64,000 nt of DNA from an uncultured Candidatus Bathyarchaeia archaeon. GTDB taxonomy: Archaea > Thermoproteota > Bathyarchaeia > 40CM-2-53-6 > DTDX01. The notes under the pieces are model-generated. The model was not told where the DNA came from, searched no databases, and saw only the letters and a program-made list of their open reading frames with translations. Each line of letters opens with the position of its first letter. The first letter of the stretch is position 1. The stretch spans positions 16,493-80,492 of the forward strand of contig CAZSNM010000002.1 of the NCBI GenBank assembly GCA_964608455.1. The letters run 5' to 3'. Both the position numbers and the translations under genes were made by a program. This document shows, piece after piece, positions 58,260 to 64,000 of the stretch.

Positions 58260-58772
58260 TCAACTCCCATCATTATTTTGTTGTTTTTCTTTTTTAGAGT
58301 TTACGGTTAATTTTTTAGCTTGAATTAAAACTTCATTTATTTTTTTCCAATGGCTTCCCTGCCAATAGATTTTTCCACAACTTTGATTCATGCAAATCCA
58401 AAAATCATTATAAAAATTAAAAGTTTGATTTGGAACTTTTCCTTTAACAAACATTTTATCAACCTTCTTTAATATTGAACCGCATAAGGGACATCTTGAA
58501 GAGTTAACATTAACCTCTATTTTTAAATTAAGCTTTTTAGCAAGCTCAGCTATTCTTTCAATTTCATTTCTTCCTTTAATAAGATAAGCTTCAACCCCTC
58601 GACTTACAGCTTCCCTATATAAAGCTATATCAGAAGTTAACAATATGCGATTTTCTTTTGCAGCTTCAACAATTAAGGTTTTATCTGGGAAAATTGAGTA
58701 TTTAGCATCGTAACCCATTAACCTTAACCATTTAGCAAGTTTCCCAAGCATTCCATCAACTAGAAATTTCAT
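58260..58772 (-). CDS. Mut7-C RNase domain (DUF82) protein with zinc ribbon
   Basis: MKFLVDGMLGKLAKWLR N-terminus typical of Mut7-C/DUF82; CPLCG...CMNQSCG. Confidence 0.7.
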   Translation of the reverse strand: MKFLVDGMLGKLAKWLRLMGYDAKYSIFPDKTLIVEAAKENRILLTSDIALYREAVSRGVEAYLIKGRNEIERIAELAKKLNLKIEVNVNSSRCPLCGSILKKVDKMFVKGKVPNQTFNFYNDFWICMNQSCGKIYWQGSHWKKINEVLIQAKKLTVNSKKEKQQNNDGS

Positions 58773-58787
58773 TAAACTTTCCCTTTT

Positions 58788-60110
58788 TTAATTAGTTAAT
58801 ATGGAGCCGCTTCCCTTTTCAGCAACTATTTCTCCTTCATCCATAACTAATTTTCCTGAAACAATAACTTTAATAGGTTTGCCAACGCATTTAAAACCAT
58901 TAAAAGGAGAATATTTAGCTTTAGAGAAAAATTTCTCGCTTTCAATTTTAAATCGCTTTTTTAAATCTATTAATGTTATATCTGCATCAAAGCCCTCTTT
59001 TAATTCACCTTTAAATTTTAAATTAAATATTTTTGATGGATTATAAGCTAAAAGCTTTGCAAGTTTTTGAAGAGAAAAATCTCCTTGAGCAACTTTAGTT
59101 AAAAGAAGAGGCAAAGTTGTTTCTAAACCTGGAATTCCTGGAGGAATTTCCCAATAATTTTCCTTAATTTTTTCTTCAAAAGCATGTGGTGCATGATCAC
59201 TAGCTATTACATCAACAAAACCCTTAACAGTTTTCCTCCATAAAGCTGAAGCTTCAAATTTGCTTCTTAAAGGAGGTAAAGTTAAAGCAGTCCCACCTAA
59301 CTTTAAAAGTTTTTCCTCAGTTAAAAAAAGATGGTGAGGTGTAACCTCAATTAAAAAACAATTTCTTTTTATTTCATTAAAGCTCTTTAATGTGGAAATA
59401 TGACAAAAATAAGCTTTATTGCTTTTAAATTCCTTTTTAATTAAATTTAAAGCTTTTTTTACTCCAAAAAATTCTATTTCCTTAGAGTGAGCTTTAAGAA
59501 AACTTTGCAAATCTTTTTTTCCCTTATTTAAAAAAAGATTTTTTATTTTATTTATTTTTTCTCCATCTTCTCCATGAATAGTTAATGGAATATTTAAAGA
59601 AACACATTTTTTTAATGTTTCCTTTAATATATTGCTTTTTAAATCTTCATTTTTGAGAAAATTAAAATAAAGCTTAAAGGATTTTGCACCTAACTTCACC
59701 ATTTTATCTATTTCATTAGGATTTTTAGGTGGTAAAACATGAAAACCAACGTTTACAACTATTTTATTTTTTGCTAATTCAATTTTTTCTTTTAATCTTT
59801 CAATAGAATCTGTTGGAGGAACAGTATTAGGCATATCTAATACTGTTGTAAATCCACCTGCGGAAGCAGCACATGTACCTGTATAGAAATCTTCTTTATA
59901 GGATAAATTTAAATCTCTTAAATGTACATGAGAGTCAATGAGTCCAGGTAAAGCAATTAAACCTTTACAATCAATAGTTTCTTCAGCTTTAGGTAAATTA
60001 GTTTTTTTCCCAATCTTTTTTATTTTACCAAAACTTATATTTATTCCACCTTCATAAAGTCCATGATTTAATAAAATTTTAGCATTTAAAATATTTATGG
60101 TTTTACTCAA
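58788..60110 (-). CDS. pyrC: Dihydroorotase (cyclic amidohydrolase family)
   Basis: DSHVHLRD metal-binding motif, conserved Lys/His/Asp pattern, about 440 aa. Confidence 0.75.
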   Translation of the reverse strand: MSKTINILNAKILLNHGLYEGGINISFGKIKKIGKKTNLPKAEETIDCKGLIALPGLIDSHVHLRDLNLSYKEDFYTGTCAASAGGFTTVLDMPNTVPPTDSIERLKEKIELAKNKIVVNVGFHVLPPKNPNEIDKMVKLGAKSFKLYFNFLKNEDLKSNILKETLKKCVSLNIPLTIHGEDGEKINKIKNLFLNKGKKDLQSFLKAHSKEIEFFGVKKALNLIKKEFKSNKAYFCHISTLKSFNEIKRNCFLIEVTPHHLFLTEEKLLKLGGTALTLPPLRSKFEASALWRKTVKGFVDVIASDHAPHAFEEKIKENYWEIPPGIPGLETTLPLLLTKVAQGDFSLQKLAKLLAYNPSKIFNLKFKGELKEGFDADITLIDLKKRFKIESEKFFSKAKYSPFNGFKCVGKPIKVIVSGKLVMDEGEIVAEKGSGSILTN

Positions 60111-60112
60111 TT

Positions 60113-60673
60113 TTACTCCTGCTTGCTTAAATCAGCTAAGCAATCCTCGCATAAAAATTTTCCTTCATAAAACTTTAAGTTTTCAGACCAATTACCGCAT
60201 AAATCGCAGTTTCCAATTAAAGGTTTCTCTGTTTTAATAGGGAAAATCTCGCTTTTCTCCATGATTACATCTATGAGAGTAGGAGTTATTTCAAGAATAT
60301 CTTTGCTTGAAATAACTCCTACAAGTTTTCCTTTAAACATAACTGGAAGACGCTTAATATTTAATCTTTTCATTTTTTCAGCTACTTCAGTTAAATCTTC
60401 TTCCTTATCTACGGTAAATAAAGGTTTACTCATTACTTCTAAAGCTTTAACTTGTTTTGGAAGAAGATTTTTTGCAACAACTTTTTTAACTAAATCGCTT
60501 TCAGTTATTATTCCTATTGGATTTCCAAGCTCATCAATAACAACTACACTTCCAACATTTTCTTTAATCATTAGGGAAGCTACTTCATCTATGGAGGCAT
60601 TTAAATTTATTGTAACAACAGGTGTCGACATAACTTCTTTAACTTTAACTTTAACCTCCTTTTTTTCAATCAT
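60113..60673 (-). CDS. CBS-domain pair protein with C-terminal zinc ribbon
   Basis: Two CBS repeats followed by CDLCG...CEDC. Confidence 0.75.
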   Translation of the reverse strand: MIEKKEVKVKVKEVMSTPVVTINLNASIDEVASLMIKENVGSVVVIDELGNPIGIITESDLVKKVVAKNLLPKQVKALEVMSKPLFTVDKEEDLTEVAEKMKRLNIKRLPVMFKGKLVGVISSKDILEITPTLIDVIMEKSEIFPIKTEKPLIGNCDLCGNWSENLKFYEGKFLCEDCLADLSKQE

Positions 60674-60714
60674 TTTTTAAATCACGCTTAATATTTTAAT
60701 TCTTTAATTTACAC

Positions 60715-62661
60715 TTAACTTATAATTTTTCCTTTACCAGTAGGTATTAAATTTTGAATATCAATTAAATTTAAAGATTTAATTTTTTCTTTAATTTTTT
60801 CTGGAGCTTTTTCAATAAGTTTTTGCAACAACTGTTTTGCTAACTCTTTAGATTTAAATTCTCCTGGAGCTATTTCAACAAATGTTAAAGCATTTTTCTT
60901 AATTGCAGATGTAGGAGCAGATACAATTTTTAATTCTCCATTCTCTTCAATAACTCCTATAGAAAGTTTAAGCTCAACTCCTCTAATATAGTTTCTAGGT
61001 CCATAAATCATAAACATGCCTTTTTCAATATATTGACCTGAAGGGGGTTTTTTAGTTATTTGTTCTGGTTTTACCCAGTATACATCAATTGCACCTAAAC
61101 CTAAAGCCCAAGCTTTACTATAGGATGCAGCAGCAACAGCAGCTTCTTTAATTGTGGTTTCTCCAGGAGTTTTACCTTCACATTTTATAACGGCAAATGG
61201 TGCTCCATGAAAATCTGGATGAATAACTAAATCTTCAGGATTTGTATAACGTTTAATTAAAAGCTCATTTGTACTTGAATCTTTACCAATTAAAACTAAA
61301 AAGTTTTCTGAAGATTTAAACCATCTAAATTTTTCAAACCATTTTTTCTCTTTTTTCTTTTTTAACTCTATAGGTTTTATTAATGATAGTGAAGTTTTGC
61401 TTGTAGAATCAATTTCAAACCTTGTTTTTTCAATTAAGCTTTTAACCTGCATTATTTTCTCTTCATATTCCTTAACTTTATTAAAATATTTTGAAGATTC
61501 CTCAAATGGGTTAACTTTTAAATCTACAGGAAAAACTTCCTGATTAACCCTTAAAGTTATAATCAAATTTTTTAAATCTAAATTTTCAATATAACTTTTA
61601 ATTAATAAAAAATTGTTTTTTATTATGTTTAAAAGTTCATCACTGGTTTTCAAGTTTTTTTCTTTTAAAATCAACTCTTTAATTTGTTTTAATTCATTTG
61701 CACATAAGTAGATTAATTCAGCTTTTTCTTTAGTTTTTTTCATTTGCTCATTTAATTTTATTAATCTTTTCTCATGTTTCTCAAGTAAACTTTTAAGTTT
61801 TTGAAGCTTTTTCTCTAATTCAATTTTTTGTTTAAGCTTAATTTCTTCAATGGTTAATTTAGAAAAATACTCATCTACAGCTTCATTAAAGCTTTTTTTA
61901 AATTCCTTTTCAAAATTTGAGTAAATTTTTAGTGGAAATGGTGTAACATCAATATATTCATTATTGCTGTTTTTCACAACGCAAGGTTCAATTTTAGAAT
62001 TTAAATTTTTAGCTTCATACACTATTTTTTCCAGTTCTTTATCTGAAAGCTCATTTATCTTAATATTTCCATTTAATTCAGCTCTAGCTAAAATTTCATT
62101 TACATATAATGTTCCAATAGCTAAAATTTTTAGCAATGCATCTTTCAAAGATTCATTTTTAAAAGTTTTTAAAATATTTAAATTTAGATTGAATGGGGGA
62201 ATCCCTGTAGATGGAGGGGGCTTAAATTCATTTCCAACTGCAATAACTCTATCTTTCATTTTAGCATAATAAAGAGCTAAGATAATTTTTTTATTTTCTT
62301 CATTTAATAAAATTAAGTTGCCTCTTTTAAAAAGTTCTGCAATCAAAAGTTTTCTTTCATTTCCAGCCTTTAACTTTAAAATTATGATTCTTTCAAATTC
62401 ATGTTGTGTTATATCTTCAATAATGCTTCCTCGAATATGGCTTCTTAAAATTTTACAGAAAGTAGTAGGTTCCTTCGGTATGTTTAATTCAAAATTTGTA
62501 AGGTTAATTCTGCGTTCTATTTCAATAAGCAAATTAGCTTGATTCGGCTTTAACTTAAACAAAAAGGTTTTTTCATTTAATTGATAAATATTTTCTATTT
62601 TTTTCTTTATAATTTTCTCTTTTAATTCTTTAACTATTGCTGAAATATCATAACTTGTCAT
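60715..62661 (-). CDS. Rqc2/NEMF homolog (NFACT family, FbpA-like)
   Basis: N-terminal NFACT-N, coiled coil, and a DUF814/NFACT-R C-terminal region; start probably the ATG (MTSYDIS); the track start 62712 is an upstream extension. Confidence 0.75.
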   Translation of the reverse strand: MTSYDISAIVKELKEKIIKKKIENIYQLNEKTFLFKLKPNQANLLIEIERRINLTNFELNIPKEPTTFCKILRSHIRGSIIEDITQHEFERIIILKLKAGNERKLLIAELFKRGNLILLNEENKKIILALYYAKMKDRVIAVGNEFKPPPSTGIPPFNLNLNILKTFKNESLKDALLKILAIGTLYVNEILARAELNGNIKINELSDKELEKIVYEAKNLNSKIEPCVVKNSNNEYIDVTPFPLKIYSNFEKEFKKSFNEAVDEYFSKLTIEEIKLKQKIELEKKLQKLKSLLEKHEKRLIKLNEQMKKTKEKAELIYLCANELKQIKELILKEKNLKTSDELLNIIKNNFLLIKSYIENLDLKNLIITLRVNQEVFPVDLKVNPFEESSKYFNKVKEYEEKIMQVKSLIEKTRFEIDSTSKTSLSLIKPIELKKKKEKKWFEKFRWFKSSENFLVLIGKDSSTNELLIKRYTNPEDLVIHPDFHGAPFAVIKCEGKTPGETTIKEAAVAAASYSKAWALGLGAIDVYWVKPEQITKKPPSGQYIEKGMFMIYGPRNYIRGVELKLSIGVIEENGELKIVSAPTSAIKKNALTFVEIAPGEFKSKELAKQLLQKLIEKAPEKIKEKIKSLNLIDIQNLIPTGKGKIIS

Positions 62662-62771
62662 AGCCCTCTTTTTTTCTATTGCAAACAATTTTGCTTCACC
62701 AAATATAACCATAAAGCTTTAATTTTAATATTGAAATTTATAACTACAAAAATTAAGGAAGGTTTAAAGGT

Positions 62772-63077
62772 TTGGGGGCTAAAAAAAACCCTGATAAAAT
62801 TAGGCAGTTAAAGCCAACCACCATTGTTTATTGGTTTAGATTTGGTTTAGCAATATTCACTGGATTTCTATGTTATATTCTTCAACTTAAAGGTTCTATT
62901 GGGTTAATTTTAATGGCAATTGTTTATGTGATTTCTTATGGTATAGTTAAAGGGGTTTTTCGTTTTAGCGAGGAAGAGCTTAAAGGTAAATATAGAAGAG
63001 CAATATTAGGATTAGGAACATATATTTTCATTTGGGCTTTAACCTGGATTTTACTTTATACCTTAAAGCCTTATTAA
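62772..63077 (+). CDS. Hypothetical small membrane protein
   Basis: Three hydrophobic helices; TTG start 9 nt after AAGGAAGG. Confidence 0.4.
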   Translation: MGAKKNPDKIRQLKPTTIVYWFRFGLAIFTGFLCYILQLKGSIGLILMAIVYVISYGIVKGVFRFSEEELKGKYRRAILGLGTYIFIWALTWILLYTLKPY

Positions 63078-63081
63078 AAAT

Positions 63082-63414
63082 TTAGCTTTTTTTAATAAAA
63101 TTTAAATAATCTAAAAGAGCTTTAAAATATCCTCTATCATAATCTCCATGAAGCCCATTTTTAACATGAAATAAAAATTCGCTTTTAAATTGATTTATTT
63201 CTTTTTCATCTTTAGCTTCAATTAATCTTTTTAAATAAAGCTTTTCATCATCAGATTTAAAAGTTAAAATTAACCCTTCTAAAGCTTTTAAATAACCAAA
63301 GTTTTCAATTGATTTTTCAAGTTTTTCCCTTATTTTTCCAAGTGTTTCTTCAGCTTCCTTAAAGTTTTTATTTGAAATAAGCTGAAAAAATTTTTGAAGC
63401 TCTTGTTTAATCAA
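63082..63414 (-). CDS. Hypothetical protein
   Basis: No recognisable motif; immediately downstream of radA. Confidence 0.45.
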   Translation of the reverse strand: MIKQELQKFFQLISNKNFKEAEETLGKIREKLEKSIENFGYLKALEGLILTFKSDDEKLYLKRLIEAKDEKEINQFKSEFLFHVKNGLHGDYDRGYFKALLDYLNFIKKS

Positions 63415-63417
63415 AGT

Positions 63418-64000
63418 TTATCTCCTCTTTTTTAATTGATCTTCTTCAGAAACATCAGTTATACCATCTTCAGTTATTTTAAATACTCTTTCACCTTCAG
63501 GTAAATATGGGCTTGAAACTAAACGAGCTATTCTAATTTGACCAGTTGTTTTTCTTAAAAAAACTCTTGTATGCGATGTATGTGCAACCACATGCCCTCC
63601 TACAGGTTCAACGCCTACAGTGAAAAATTGATCAGGTTTAGCCATAACTTGATTGGTTACAACAGCAGCTGCATTAAAGGCTCTAGCTAACCTAATTAAT
63701 TTATGCATATGATTATTTAGTTTTTGTTGTCTTTCAGCCAGCATTTCTCTACCTAAATATTCACTTCTAAAATGAGCTGTTAATGAATCAATTATTATAA
63801 GCTTTACATTATTTTCTTTAATAATTTTATCAGATTTCTCAAGAATAAGAATTTGATGATCACTGTTATAGGCTTCAGAATAAATGATTTTTTGAGCAAC
63901 TTGATCTGGATCTAGCCCTAAATGATTAGCCATTCTAACAATCCATTCAGGTCTAAAGGTTTGCTCTGTATCTATATAAAGTGCGCTTCCATTTAATCCC
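63418..64000 (-). CDS. radA: DNA repair and recombination protein RadA, C-terminal part (5' end outside window)
   Basis: The ORF stays open to the window edge; RecA-core motifs (ALYIDTE.TFRPE upstream, LIIIDS, VVTNQV). Confidence 0.9.
   Translation of the reverse strand, partial: GLNGSALYIDTEQTFRPEWIVRMANHLGLDPDQVAQKIIYSEAYNSDHQILILEKSDKIIKENNVKLIIIDSLTAHFRSEYLGREMLAERQQKLNNHMHKLIRLARAFNAAAVVTNQVMAKPDQFFTVGVEPVGGHVVAHTSHTRVFLRKTTGQIRIARLVSSPYLPEGERVFKITEDGITDVSEEDQLKKRR

Noticed and set aside
1-64000. CRISPR arrays, transposases/integrases, prophage or defence islands
   Set aside because: No regularly spaced direct repeats, no IS/integrase-like ORFs, no tRNA-adjacent integration signature. 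Gene content is core housekeeping throughout.
1-64000. Alternative genetic code (stop-codon reassignment)
   Set aside because: TGA, TAA and TAG each terminate well-aligned conserved proteins (e.g. nop10 ends on TGA, srp54 on TAA), and no conserved gene requires read-through.

Overview
AT-rich (about 30% GC) archaeal chromosomal segment, gene-dense, carrying about 75 protein genes on both strands. Most are core informational genes: SRP54, r-proteins L21e/L10e/L44e/S27e, RNAP subunits F and L, TFS, TBP, PCNA, primase PriS/PriL, a GINS-like protein, aIF2-alpha, Nop10, Csl4, KsgA, Nob1, a Nop2/Sun methyltransferase, IleRS, AsnRS, RadA, RadB and a short-form XPF. Metabolic content comprises a complete group 3b [NiFe] hydrogenase operon (hydB-hydG-hydD-hydA, sulfhydrogenase-like), PEP synthase, glycine cleavage T/H, a thrC-hom-lysC operon, TrpB2, dihydroorotase, NAD kinase, CarS, AglB, a PiT phosphate permease and a CDF transporter. 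RadB together with the conserved L44e-S27e-aIF2a-Nop10-PAC2 and SRP54-L21e-RpoF-DUF655-KsgA clusters points to a euryarchaeon-like archaeon; I cannot assign a lineage. No CRISPR array, transposase, integrase, rRNA or convincing tRNA was found, and TGA/TAA/TAG all act as stops (standard code). No new multi-gene system stood out; the points worth a second look are: (1) very frequent TTG initiation codons with canonical GGAGG-type Shine-Dalgarno spacing, several mis-called by longest-ORF logic; (2) an RNase III-domain (Mini-III-like) small protein inside the rpoL-DUF99 ribosome-biogenesis cluster; (3) a tightly coupled pair of small-molecule-type kinases (P-loop plus APH-like) divergent from an IMPase-family phosphatase and 1.5 kb from a thrB-less threonine operon; (4) unannotated small ORFs with strong ribosome-binding sites (a zinc-ribbon protein coupled to gcvT, a 31-aa membrane peptide after tbp, nop10); (5) a GC-enriched non-coding island plus an unusually long ORF-free gap at 660..1442.
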